Shown here piece after piece: positions 27,045 through 35,746 of a stretch of DNA of 64,000 nucleotides; positions within the stretch are counted from its first letter, which is position 1; each line of letters begins with the position of its first letter. The translations under genes and the position numbers were made by a program. The DNA is from Ktedonobacterales bacterium (GTDB lineage: Bacteria > Chloroflexota > Ktedonobacteria > Ktedonobacterales > JADMIN01). The stretch lies in the NCBI GenBank assembly GCA_030167145.1, contig CP126532.1, positions 1,857,052 through 1,921,051 of the forward strand, in the 5' to 3' direction. The notes beneath the pieces were generated by a model, which ran no database searches, was not told where the DNA came from, and worked only from the letters and a program-made list of their open reading frames with translations.

Positions 27045-27872
27045 CTATGCTGGCCGACAATCGGAGCAGGGATGATAGCCAGCGAGGATGGCGGCCTTTT
27101 CCGAGGCGAAGTAGATGCGATGCTCGTCGGCTTCCCGGTGGCCGTGGCCGCAGGATGGGTAGCAGAAGGCGTGGGTGGTGGTAGTGCCGAAGTAGCGCAC
27201 GCCCTCGCGTGCGAGTTCTTCGAGCGTATCGGGGTCGGCGCCTTCCGCCGTCAGCATCGCGCGCTTGGCATCATTCCCACCCAGCGAATACTGGCCGAGG
27301 TGGCCGTCGCTGCGGACGACGCGATGGCAGGGAATCAGGATGGGCACGGGATTGTGGGCCAGCGCGGTACCCACCGCACGCACCGCTTTGGGCGAGCCAA
27401 TCTCACGCGCGATCCAGGCATAGGGGCGCACCTCGCCGCGCGGAATCTCCAGCGCCTTGAGCAGCACGGCGCGCTCGAACTCTGAGAGGCCGCGCAGATC
27501 GAAGCGCAGTTGGGGACGAGCTTCACCACGAATGCAGCTTTCCAGGGTGTGTACCAGGGTCGCGGGTGGCTCTTGCGCCGGATAGATTGGCCCGCCCATC
27601 TGCTCGCGGAATGCCTGCTCGAACGCTGCATCGGAGATGGCGCGTGTGACGGTGGAGATACCACGCGGATTGTAGGCGACGTAGACCAGCCCGAGGGGAG
27701 TGGCCAACTCAAAATAGGCGTCGCCGATGCCGAGCGTCTTCATTACCGCTGAGCGCAGTGTCGGTGGCGCTTCGACCGCGCTGAGCGCACGCAGATTGCT
27801 TACCAGGAGCCGCGCTTGATCCAGCGTCGTATTTCCTGACGTATCCTGTGGTGTATCTCGTGTCTTGTTCAT
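27045..27872 (-). CDS. ogt: Methylated-DNA--protein-cysteine methyltransferase (Ogt/MGMT) fused to a C-terminal Ada-type Zn-binding-like domain
   Basis: MGMT active site IPCHRVV with the preceding HTH (YAWIAREIGSPKAVRAVGTALAHNP). The C-terminal FCYPSCGHGH...YFASEKAAILAGYHPCSDCRP is Cys-rich and Ada-N-like. ATGA overlap with the upstream sigma gene. Confidence 0.85.
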   Translation of the reverse strand: MNKTRDTPQDTSGNTTLDQARLLVSNLRALSAVEAPPTLRSAVMKTLGIGDAYFELATPLGLVYVAYNPRGISTVTRAISDAAFEQAFREQMGGPIYPAQEPPATLVHTLESCIRGEARPQLRFDLRGLSEFERAVLLKALEIPRGEVRPYAWIAREIGSPKAVRAVGTALAHNPVPILIPCHRVVRSDGHLGQYSLGGNDAKRAMLTAEGADPDTLEELAREGVRYFGTTTTHAFCYPSCGHGHREADEHRIYFASEKAAILAGYHPCSDCRPA

Positions 27873-28486
27873 CCCGCTACCTCTTCCAGGCGTCTGCGCG
27901 TCACCAGCGCCTCGCGTAACAGCCGCGTGCCTCGATGGACATTCGCTTTCACGGTGCCGACCGGCTGACCCAGCGTTTCGGCAATCTCGCAGTAGCCCAC
28001 GCCCTCGACATGGCGTAGCACCACGGCGATGCGGTAGCGCGGTGGCAACCCGGCGATCACCATCGCCAACTCACGGCGCTGCTCAGCCGCTTCGGCGGCA
28101 ACCTCTGGCCAGTCGTGCGCGTCGCCGACGATTTGCAGATGCGGTGTATCGTCGTCGTCATCGTCGAGCGGCGTCTGTGCGGGCTGGTGGCGGCGCACGC
28201 GATTGCGATAGATATTGAGCGCAATGGAGAAGAGCCAGGGCCGGAGCGCGAGGGCGCAGACCCGCGCCGCTTCATAGGTTTGCAGCGCGCGGTAGGCGCG
28301 CACGAAGGCATCCTGCGCGATCTCCTCGGCATCCTGGGGGCTGCCGGAGATGCGTAGGGCGAAGGCGAAGAGCCGGTGCTGGTAGGCCAGCACCACTTGC
28401 TCGAAGCCCGCGTCCAGCCGCGTCGCCAGCGCCGCCGTCAGAGCGTCATCGGTCACGTTACCCGGCCTTCCTGTTGGCATGTTCAT
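27869..28486 (-). CDS. ECF-type RNA polymerase sigma-70 factor
   Basis: ATG at 28486 (MNMPTGRPG). Region 2 is QDAEEIAQDAFVRAYRAL...RPWLFSIALNIYRNRVR. Region 4 is VVLRHVEGVGYCEIAETLGQPVGTVKANVHRG. Confidence 0.9.
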   Translation of the reverse strand: MNMPTGRPGNVTDDALTAALATRLDAGFEQVVLAYQHRLFAFALRISGSPQDAEEIAQDAFVRAYRALQTYEAARVCALALRPWLFSIALNIYRNRVRRHQPAQTPLDDDDDDTPHLQIVGDAHDWPEVAAEAAEQRRELAMVIAGLPPRYRIAVVLRHVEGVGYCEIAETLGQPVGTVKANVHRGTRLLREALVTRRRLEEVAG

Positions 28487-28529
28487 CGTCGCATACAGTA
28501 GAACACATGGCGCGGGGGAATGGTTGCAC

Positions 28530-29855
28530 ATCCCCTCGTGTATCGTCCAAGCGTATATCCTGGCAAGTGATGATGTCATAGACCCCATGGCGAAAGCCAG
28601 GGGCTTGTAGCTACCCCGCGCGGGGCGCCACGTCTGGCGGTATGACTGCCGCCCGGCTGCGAACACGAATGTTCACCGCCGCGTTCAGGTCGGCATGGGC
28701 GGAGAACCCACACACGACACAGAGGAACCTGGCTTGCGACTTCCGATTCGCCTTCGCACAATGCCCACAGCGGCTACAGGTCTGACTCGTGTACGCTGGG
28801 TCTACCAAAACCACACGCACGCCTGCCAGTTGCGCCTTGTAGGCAATGAAGGCGCGCAACTGCGCGAAGGCCCAGGAATGCAGCACTCTCCGCTGGCGTT
28901 TGCCCGTAACCGTTTGCTTCGCGCGGATCCGTTCGCGGATGTGCTTGAGGTCTTCAAGCGCAATCCCACGCGAAGTGCCTTTTGCCGTGCTGACCATGGC
29001 CTTCGAGAGACAATGATTCACATCCTTGACGAAGCGCCGTTCGCGTCCGCTGCGCTTCTTGAGCAGCCGTTTCGCGCTCTTGGTGCCCTTCTTCTGCAAC
29101 TTTTGGCGGAAGCGGCTGTAACGCGCGCGCACTTGATTGACATGGGCATGCTTGGGGCCGGTGGAGGAGTTCAAGAACTCGCCATCACTGGTGGCTGCCA
29201 GGGTAATAATGCCCAGGTCAACGCCCAAGAAATCGTCTGGCTCAGTGGGCGTGGGTTCGGGCGTGTCCACGGTCACCGCCAGAAAGAAGGTGTCGCTGCG
29301 CTTGCGGTAGAGCAAGTCCGCTTGCCCGCGTATGCGCGCCAGCATCCCTGCGGCATAGGCTCCGAACCGCAAGGGCAGTTCAATGCGTCCATCCAAGGTC
29401 AACAGCGAGACACGATCAATGCGCGGGAAGGAGCAGATACGCTCATCATAGACCATCGCGCCATGCGGGCGGAAACGTGGCTGAATCGTCTTGTCGCGTT
29501 TGTACGCTTCGCTGACTTTGCTAATGGCGCGAATGGTCATCTGCGACGACAGCCCAAACCGCTCGCGGATGTCGTAGTAGACCAGCTTTTGCAACTCGAC
29601 TTTGTTGGCGCACTGCTCGCTAAACGCCGTCGCCGCGATGGCATTGCAGGCGGCGTTGAACGCCTCCAGTGTCCGCAACAGGGCGGCATGCTGGTCGGCG
29701 GTCGGGGCCAATTTGACGAGCAGTGTTTGTTTCATACCGACAGTGTATCACGATTGAGGATACACATCAATTGGATTGTGCCGCCTGTCGGCGGGGCGCA
29801 TTCCCCCCCATGCCTGAAGGCAGGGCATCCGGCGCCGATTTGGGTGAAAGGACAG
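28530..29855 (-). mobile_element. IS200/IS605-family (IS1341-like) TnpB-only element, boundaries approximate
   Basis: It contains tnpB only, with no Y1 tnpA nearby. Subterminal hairpins lie upstream of tnpB (GTGTATC..GATACAC at ~29747-29769; GCCGCCTGTCGGCGG at ~29782-29796). A hairpin AAGCCCCTGGCTTTCGCCATGGGGT lies just past the tnpB stop. Confidence 0.6.
28611..29735 (-). CDS. tnpB: TnpB (IS605 OrfB family RNA-guided endonuclease/transposase accessory protein)
   Basis: MKQTLLVKLAPTADQHAALLRTLEAFN at the N-terminus. RuvC and Zn-finger region VVLVDPAYTSQTCSRCGH...FLCVVCGFSAHADLNAAVNI. Confidence 0.9.
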   Translation of the reverse strand: MKQTLLVKLAPTADQHAALLRTLEAFNAACNAIAATAFSEQCANKVELQKLVYYDIRERFGLSSQMTIRAISKVSEAYKRDKTIQPRFRPHGAMVYDERICSFPRIDRVSLLTLDGRIELPLRFGAYAAGMLARIRGQADLLYRKRSDTFFLAVTVDTPEPTPTEPDDFLGVDLGIITLAATSDGEFLNSSTGPKHAHVNQVRARYSRFRQKLQKKGTKSAKRLLKKRSGRERRFVKDVNHCLSKAMVSTAKGTSRGIALEDLKHIRERIRAKQTVTGKRQRRVLHSWAFAQLRAFIAYKAQLAGVRVVLVDPAYTSQTCSRCGHCAKANRKSQARFLCVVCGFSAHADLNAAVNIRVRSRAAVIPPDVAPRAG

Positions 29856-29858
29856 ACG

Positions 29859-30662
29859 ATGAGCGCCACCATTGTCTTTATCCACGGCGCGTGGATGACG
29901 CCATTGTGTTGGGAACCGTTTGTTGGCTATTTCCAGCAGCAGGGCTACACCTGCGTCGCCCCGCCCTGGCCGTACCGGGATAAATCAGTTGAGGAGTTGC
30001 GGAGCAATCCGCCCGCTGCCCTGGCAGGGCTGGGCGTCGCCGAGATCGTTGACCATTACGCGCGCATCATCAGCGCGCTCGATGAGCCACCGATCTTGAT
30101 CGGGCATTCGTTCGGCGGGCTGTTCGTACAGATGCTGCTCGACCAGGGATTGGGGCGCGCAGGTGTCGCGCTCGATCCCGCGCCGCCCAAGGGTGTCCCC
30201 GCCTTCAAACTGACAGCCATCAAAGCGCTCTCAGGCGTCCTGACGACATGGATGGGCTGGAAACGCATCCTACGGATGTCGCTGCAAGAGTTTCAGTATG
30301 CTTTCGTCAACACGCTGCCGCCGAGCGAGCAAAAGGCGACATACGAGCGGCAGGTGGTGCCAGAAACCGGGCGCATCTTCTTTCAAGCCGCCCTCGCGCC
30401 ACTGAACCGCCATAGCGCCATTCGGGTGCGCTTCGACAACGGCACGCGGGCGCCACTGCTACTCATCGCCGGGGCAGCGGATAACATCGTGCCGGCGAGC
30501 GTGGTGAAAGCCAATCATGCGAAATACAAACACTCACCCGCGCGGACCGACTTCAAGCTGTTCCCTGGCCGCACCCACTGGCTCATCGCCCAAGACGGCT
30601 GGGCAGAGGTCGCGGGCTACGCGGCGGACTGGCTGCGTCAATTGCCGGGGACGCCCGCGTAA
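29859..30662 (+). CDS. Alpha/beta hydrolase
   Basis: ATG at 29859 (MSATIVFIHGAWMTP). Nucleophile elbow GHSFGG. The upstream part of ORF 28695..30662 is antisense to tnpB and is discounted. Confidence 0.8.
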   Translation: MSATIVFIHGAWMTPLCWEPFVGYFQQQGYTCVAPPWPYRDKSVEELRSNPPAALAGLGVAEIVDHYARIISALDEPPILIGHSFGGLFVQMLLDQGLGRAGVALDPAPPKGVPAFKLTAIKALSGVLTTWMGWKRILRMSLQEFQYAFVNTLPPSEQKATYERQVVPETGRIFFQAALAPLNRHSAIRVRFDNGTRAPLLLIAGAADNIVPASVVKANHAKYKHSPARTDFKLFPGRTHWLIAQDGWAEVAGYAADWLRQLPGTPA

Positions 30663-32797
30663 GGTGTCTCAGTCTGCTGCGTAGCATTCGCTGTATTGCT
30701 GGTGTTCTCGACGGCGCGCACGTCCACCAGATTGCTGTGGAAGGTGCTCTGCCCCGCGAGATCGGCGAGGGCATCGGAGGTGGTCCAGTTCGCGTTGCGG
30801 CCGTCGGGGGCGAGCGACCCCCACTGGCCCTTCGGCGCGACGGCGACGCCCGGCGGCACGCTCTCCGTCACCACCGCGCGGAGCTGGCATGCGCCGCGCG
30901 CACTGGCCACGCGCACAGTGTCGCCATGCGTGATGCCCCGCGCCGCCGCGTCGCGCGGGTTGATCTCGATGTGTGGCTCGCCCTCTTTGGCGCGCAGGCC
31001 GGGCTGGTTGCCCATGCTGCTGCTGACGTAGTGGTGCGCCGCGCCAGAGATGAGCACCAGCCGCTCATCGTCTGCGCGCAGGTCCGCAAACTCCGCCGGT
31101 GGTGTGTAGTCGGGCAGTGGGTCCAGTCCGGCAGCGGCCATCGCTTCGCTTCGTAGCTCCACTTTGCCCGATGGCGTGGGGAAGCGTCCATCGCTGAACG
31201 GCACCTCCTGGCCGGGCGCGAATTGCAGCGGCACGGTGCCCTCGCGTTGCAAGCGTTCCAGCGTCACACCCGCCAGCAGCGGGTTGGTGGCGCGGGTGGC
31301 GTCGAGCACCTCGGCGATCACTTCTTCGGCGCTCTGCCGCAGCCATGGTTCGTCGTAGCCAAGCGCCGACGCCAGCAGCCGCATCACCTCCCAATTGCTC
31401 TTCGCCTCGCCCAGCGGGGCAATCGCGGCGGTGTTGTACTGGAGATTACGATGCCCATAGGCTTTGTGCAGGTCGGTCTGCTCAAGCTGGCTGGTGGCGG
31501 GGAGCACGATGTCGGCGTAGCGCGCGGTGTCGGTGAGGAAGAGGTCGTGGACGACGGTGAAGAGGTCGTCGCGCAGCAGGCCGCGCACGGTGAGGCTGGC
31601 ATTGGGCGACGAGGTGACGGGATTCGCGCAGAAGACGTAGAGCGATTGAATCGGCGGGCCGCTGACCTCGCCGGTGAGCGCCGCGCCGATGCGGTTCATG
31701 TTGACGATGCGCGGTGTCGGCGGGCACTCGCTCGCGTGCCCCAGCGCTTCGAGATCCCAGCGCACATAGTCGCTGGTGCTATAGGCGAGGCCGCCACCAC
31801 GCACACCGATCTGCCCGACAATGGCGGGCAGGCACGCGAGCGCGCGGGCCGTCTGGCCGCCGTTGCCGTGGCGCTGCACGCCATCGGCGAACTTCAGCAG
31901 TGCGGGCTTGGTCGTGCCGTAGCGCCGCGCCAGCGATTCGATGACCGCGACCGGCACGCCGGTGATGGCCGCGACGCGCTCCGGCGGATACTGTTCGGCG
32001 CGCTGGCGCAGGTCTTCCCAGCCGGTGGTATGGGCGGCGAGCCAGGTTTCGTCGTGCAGCCCATCGCGGAAGAGGACGTGCATCAGGCCGAGCGCCAGCG
32101 CCGTGTCGGTGGCGGGGCGCGGCTGGATATGCTCGTCGGCTGAGCGCGCGGTGAGCGTGCGGCGCGGATCAATCACGACGACATACGCGCCGTTGCGCTG
32201 GGCATCGCGCAGCAACGGCATGAGGTGCGGGCCGGTGCTGGCGGGATTGTGCCCCCAGATGACGATCAGCTTGCTTGCGAGCAGGTCCGCCGGATCGGGC
32301 GACCAGCGCGCGCCGAGGGTGGCGCGGACCGCTGCTTCGGCAGCCGCGCCGCAGATCGAGCGCTCCAGGCCGCTCGCCCCCATGCGATTCCAGAGCCGCG
32401 CGTTGCAGACGCCGAGTTGCAGCATGCCGAGCGTGCCGCTGTAGGAGTACGGCAGAATCGCCGCCGCGCCATGCTCGGCGATGATGCGTTGCCACTGCAC
32501 GGCGATCTCGCCGATGGCCTCATCCCACGAGATGCGCTGCCACTGGCCCGCACCCTTGGGGCCGACGCGGCGCAGTGGATATTCCAGACGGTCGGGAGAG
32601 TAGACGCGGTCCAGATAGGGGCGCACCTTGGCGCAGAGCCAGCCCTGGGTGACGGGGTGGTCATGGTCGGCGTAGAACGCTACGGCGCGCCCGTCCCGCA
32701 CTTCGGTGACGGTGGCACAGCAGTCGGGGCAGTCGTGGGGGCATGCACCACGCACGCGCACGATGTTCTCCGGGCCGGTGGTATCAGCGGTGGCCAT
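30638..32797 (-). CDS. Molybdopterin-dependent oxidoreductase (DMSO reductase/formate dehydrogenase superfamily)
   Basis: ATG at 32797. N-terminal 4Fe-4S motif CPHDCPDCCATV, a long MopB domain and a C-terminal beta-barrel (IEINPRDAAARGITHGDTVRV). Confidence 0.85.
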   Translation of the reverse strand: MATADTTGPENIVRVRGACPHDCPDCCATVTEVRDGRAVAFYADHDHPVTQGWLCAKVRPYLDRVYSPDRLEYPLRRVGPKGAGQWQRISWDEAIGEIAVQWQRIIAEHGAAAILPYSYSGTLGMLQLGVCNARLWNRMGASGLERSICGAAAEAAVRATLGARWSPDPADLLASKLIVIWGHNPASTGPHLMPLLRDAQRNGAYVVVIDPRRTLTARSADEHIQPRPATDTALALGLMHVLFRDGLHDETWLAAHTTGWEDLRQRAEQYPPERVAAITGVPVAVIESLARRYGTTKPALLKFADGVQRHGNGGQTARALACLPAIVGQIGVRGGGLAYSTSDYVRWDLEALGHASECPPTPRIVNMNRIGAALTGEVSGPPIQSLYVFCANPVTSSPNASLTVRGLLRDDLFTVVHDLFLTDTARYADIVLPATSQLEQTDLHKAYGHRNLQYNTAAIAPLGEAKSNWEVMRLLASALGYDEPWLRQSAEEVIAEVLDATRATNPLLAGVTLERLQREGTVPLQFAPGQEVPFSDGRFPTPSGKVELRSEAMAAAGLDPLPDYTPPAEFADLRADDERLVLISGAAHHYVSSSMGNQPGLRAKEGEPHIEINPRDAAARGITHGDTVRVASARGACQLRAVVTESVPPGVAVAPKGQWGSLAPDGRNANWTTSDALADLAGQSTFHSNLVDVRAVENTSNTANATQQTETPYAGVPGN

Positions 32798-33018
32798 AAC
32801 GTTTGCTCTCCCTCTTCCCTCACGCGAATGGATGCTCATATGGTAGGCGAGTTGGTCGCGCTGGCACAAGGGCCAGTTTGCGTGGGAGGGTGTAGGCCGC
32901 TCAGTTCACCCCGTGGCGAGGGAACAGCGGATGGCGAGATGGGTGATAAGGGAGTTCCCAGCATGAATGCTGCGGCTAATCCCGATTGCAGGGGTGCGAA
33001 CTGATTCGCCCACGCTGC

Positions 33019-34728
33019 TCAGGCATCCACGGCGTAGAGGTAGCTGTCACCTGAGCCGATATAGACCACATTGCCCGCTATGGTCGGTGCGGCGTAGACA
33101 GCGTTGTCCGCTTGGAAGCGCCAGCGCTGCGCGCCCGTGGTTGCATCGAATGCATAGACATAGCCGTCAAACGAGCCGGCATAGACGGCGCCATTAGCCG
33201 CCGCGGGCGCGCTCACAGCGCCGCCCGCCTGGAAACGCCAGATCTGTACGCCGGTCATCGCATCTACGGCGTAGAGGTAGTAGTCTTCGGAGCCGACATA
33301 AGCAGCGCCGTTCGCGACGGCGGGAGCGCTCACAATGTCACCCGTTTTGAAGCGCCAAAGTTGTGTACCCTTCACCGCATCCACCGCGTAGAGGTAATGA
33401 TCCTTTGAGCTGACATAAACCACGTCATTCGCCACCGCCAAAGATGAAGACGCGATGGCGCCGCCCGTTTTGAAGCGCCAGAGTTGCGTACCTTTTGTCG
33501 CGTCCACCGCGTAGAGATAGTGATCAAACGAGCCGACATAGACCACGCCATTCGCCACTATTGGCGAGGCGAAAACAACGTCACCCGTTTTGAAGCGCCA
33601 AAGTTGGTTGCCAGTTTTCGCGTCCACGGCATAGAGATAGTGATCAAACGAGCCAGCATAAACGATGCCGTTCACCACAGATGGAGAGGAGACCGCATTG
33701 TTGTTGGTTTGGAAGGTCCAAATCTGTGCCCCCGTGTTGGCGTCCACGGCGTAGAGATAGCCATCTGTTGAGCTAAAATAGAGAATGCCATCCACAACCA
33801 TTGGCGAGGAGTTCACAGGGCCACCTGTCTGGATACGCCATAGCTGTGTACCTGCACTCGCATCCACAGCATACAGATAGTGGTCATTTGAGCCGACATA
33901 GATCACGTCATACGCCACTGCGGGCGAGGAGTCCACAATGCCGCCCGTCTGGAAGCGCCAGCGCAGGTTACCCGGAATCGGAATCGGGGTTGAAGTCGGA
34001 GTGGGCGCGAGCGTCGCTGTGGGCATGGGCGTAGGTGTGGGTGTGCGGGACAACTGCGTGTGCGCTGAAATCACATCATGTGATGCAACCAGCCAGGCTG
34101 AGCTTCCAATGGTCGCCAGGGCAGCCAAACTCACTCCGGTCCGTATGAGTAGCTTGCGTCTCGACACGACTGGCATGGGAGGCGTCGGATGAGAAGCAGG
34201 ATACGGGCTGGATGTTGGGGTTGGCTGTATATGCCACGTCGGAGACGAAACCGAGGGCGTCAACGGCATCGGGGGTGGAGGCGTGTTCGGCGTAAGGGGT
34301 TTCGGATCTATCAAGGTAGGGGTCTGCGTGGCGCTTACGGCAGCGACAATACTATCTATGATCTGCTCAAAGGGTATCGCTAACGCATCAATCCAGAAGA
34401 AGGCGCTGAGCATCGGTGGCACTGTGCATGGACCGATGCGCACCGGCAGGAGCAGGCGCGTCGGATCATCCGGCATCAAGCCAAGCGCGGTCTGTATTTC
34501 GAGCTTGACCCAGAAGGAGTCGAGCGCATGCTGCGTCAGTAGCACAATGAAGGTTGGGCGCTGCTGGATCTCCCGCTCAATCATTGCGCCAAGTATCTGC
34601 CCGTTCTGCGCATTGTTTCGGTCGTACCATACATCGAGGCTACGTGCCCGCAGCGCCGCCACATACCGGTCGCACAGCTCATTATCGGCGTGCGAATGGC
34701 TCACGAAAACGGCGTGCGTAGTGTCCAT
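33019..34728 (-). CDS. TIR domain - transmembrane - PQQ-like beta-propeller repeat protein
   Basis: ATG at 34728 (MDTTHAVFVSHSHADNEL...DVWYD...FWVKLE) gives the TIR domain. A Pro-rich linker follows, then one TM helix (LLIRTGVSLAALATIGSSAWLV). Next comes a Thr/Pro linker and about nine repeats of YLYAVDAxxGxQLWRFKTGG. Confidence 0.8.
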   Translation of the reverse strand: MDTTHAVFVSHSHADNELCDRYVAALRARSLDVWYDRNNAQNGQILGAMIEREIQQRPTFIVLLTQHALDSFWVKLEIQTALGLMPDDPTRLLLPVRIGPCTVPPMLSAFFWIDALAIPFEQIIDSIVAAVSATQTPTLIDPKPLTPNTPPPPMPLTPSVSSPTWHIQPTPTSSPYPASHPTPPMPVVSRRKLLIRTGVSLAALATIGSSAWLVASHDVISAHTQLSRTPTPTPMPTATLAPTPTSTPIPIPGNLRWRFQTGGIVDSSPAVAYDVIYVGSNDHYLYAVDASAGTQLWRIQTGGPVNSSPMVVDGILYFSSTDGYLYAVDANTGAQIWTFQTNNNAVSSPSVVNGIVYAGSFDHYLYAVDAKTGNQLWRFKTGDVVFASPIVANGVVYVGSFDHYLYAVDATKGTQLWRFKTGGAIASSSLAVANDVVYVSSKDHYLYAVDAVKGTQLWRFKTGDIVSAPAVANGAAYVGSEDYYLYAVDAMTGVQIWRFQAGGAVSAPAAANGAVYAGSFDGYVYAFDATTGAQRWRFQADNAVYAAPTIAGNVVYIGSGDSYLYAVDA

Positions 34729-34996
34729 TTCGCGCTTTCCCCTACACGGCACACACACGTGCAACACGCTCATTCGCTCTCCACGTGGAGCGCACGCTGC
34801 GTCTGTATCGTGCGAGCATTGTAGCACGGACCGTCTAGCGGCGCACGCCGGAGAGCGCACGGCGTGCGCCCCTACGGATGGGGTGGCAGGCAGACAGGAA
34901 GGGCCGCCTCGCCAGCGAGCGAGGGCAGACAGGAAGATCTACCCTACCGCCGAGGCCGGCGGGACGCCGGCGGTACAACGGATGCAGCGGCGAGCG

Positions 34997-35665
34997 CTAG
35001 CGCAGGATGGCCTGGCCGATGGCAGTGATGCGGTCGCCGATGTCCTTTAGATGCACGCCGACCAGTAGCAGCCGGTGCAGTGGCGCGCCAGGGGTGTTGG
35101 CGCTGATCGCCTGCTCGACGATGGCCTTGAAGGATAGATACAGCCGTCCAAGTTCGGCATCTTCCTGGAGCAGCCGCCGCGCCAGCGACTTGCGGCGGGT
35201 GGTGGTGAGGATGACCACGCCGCGCACCTCGATATACGTCTGGCGCACCATCTGCGTGAGCAGCAGCGAGGCATCGGTGCCGACGCGCACCAGTTCCGCA
35301 TCGCTCATCGCCCCCAGCCAGAGCGCATGCTCGGCGATGCGGCGGCCATCCTCGGCGATACGCGCCAGTTCGCCCGCGATCTGCTGAAGCTCCACGACGC
35401 GCCGAATCTCATCGGCGCCGGGCTGATGCCAGGCGAGAATCGAGAGTCCTTTCTGATGGATGGCGGTATGCCGCTGCTCGCAGACGCGGGCCGTGTCAAT
35501 CGCCATGCGCGCCACTTCGGCGGGCTGCTCGTAGAGCGCCGCCGCCGCATTTTTGAAGATGTCCTCGGCAAAGAGGCCAAGCTCCGTCGTCTCATCGGCC
35601 AGGCTGCCGATCTCGTCCTCCAGGCGTCCCACTCGCTCTGCCATCTCCACCACAAACTGCCCCAT
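34997..35665 (-). CDS. PhoU domain-containing protein
   Basis: Two helical PhoU-like repeats with the E/D..D signature (AEDGRRIAEHA, LKDIGDRITAIGQ). Confidence 0.7.
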   Translation of the reverse strand: MGQFVVEMAERVGRLEDEIGSLADETTELGLFAEDIFKNAAAALYEQPAEVARMAIDTARVCEQRHTAIHQKGLSILAWHQPGADEIRRVVELQQIAGELARIAEDGRRIAEHALWLGAMSDAELVRVGTDASLLLTQMVRQTYIEVRGVVILTTTRRKSLARRLLQEDAELGRLYLSFKAIVEQAISANTPGAPLHRLLLVGVHLKDIGDRITAIGQAILR

Positions 35666-35746
35666 CTTTATTCAGTGTCACCACCAGCTATAGGCATCCG
35701 CCGGTTGTTGCGCTTCTCCACTGCTACGCCCGCCAAACACTGCGGG

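Noticed and set aside
28695-29858. First ~390 codons of the 655-aa plus-strand ORF 28695..30662.
   Set aside because: This stretch is antisense to the clearly recognisable tnpB. Hydrolase homology begins at the ATG at 29859.
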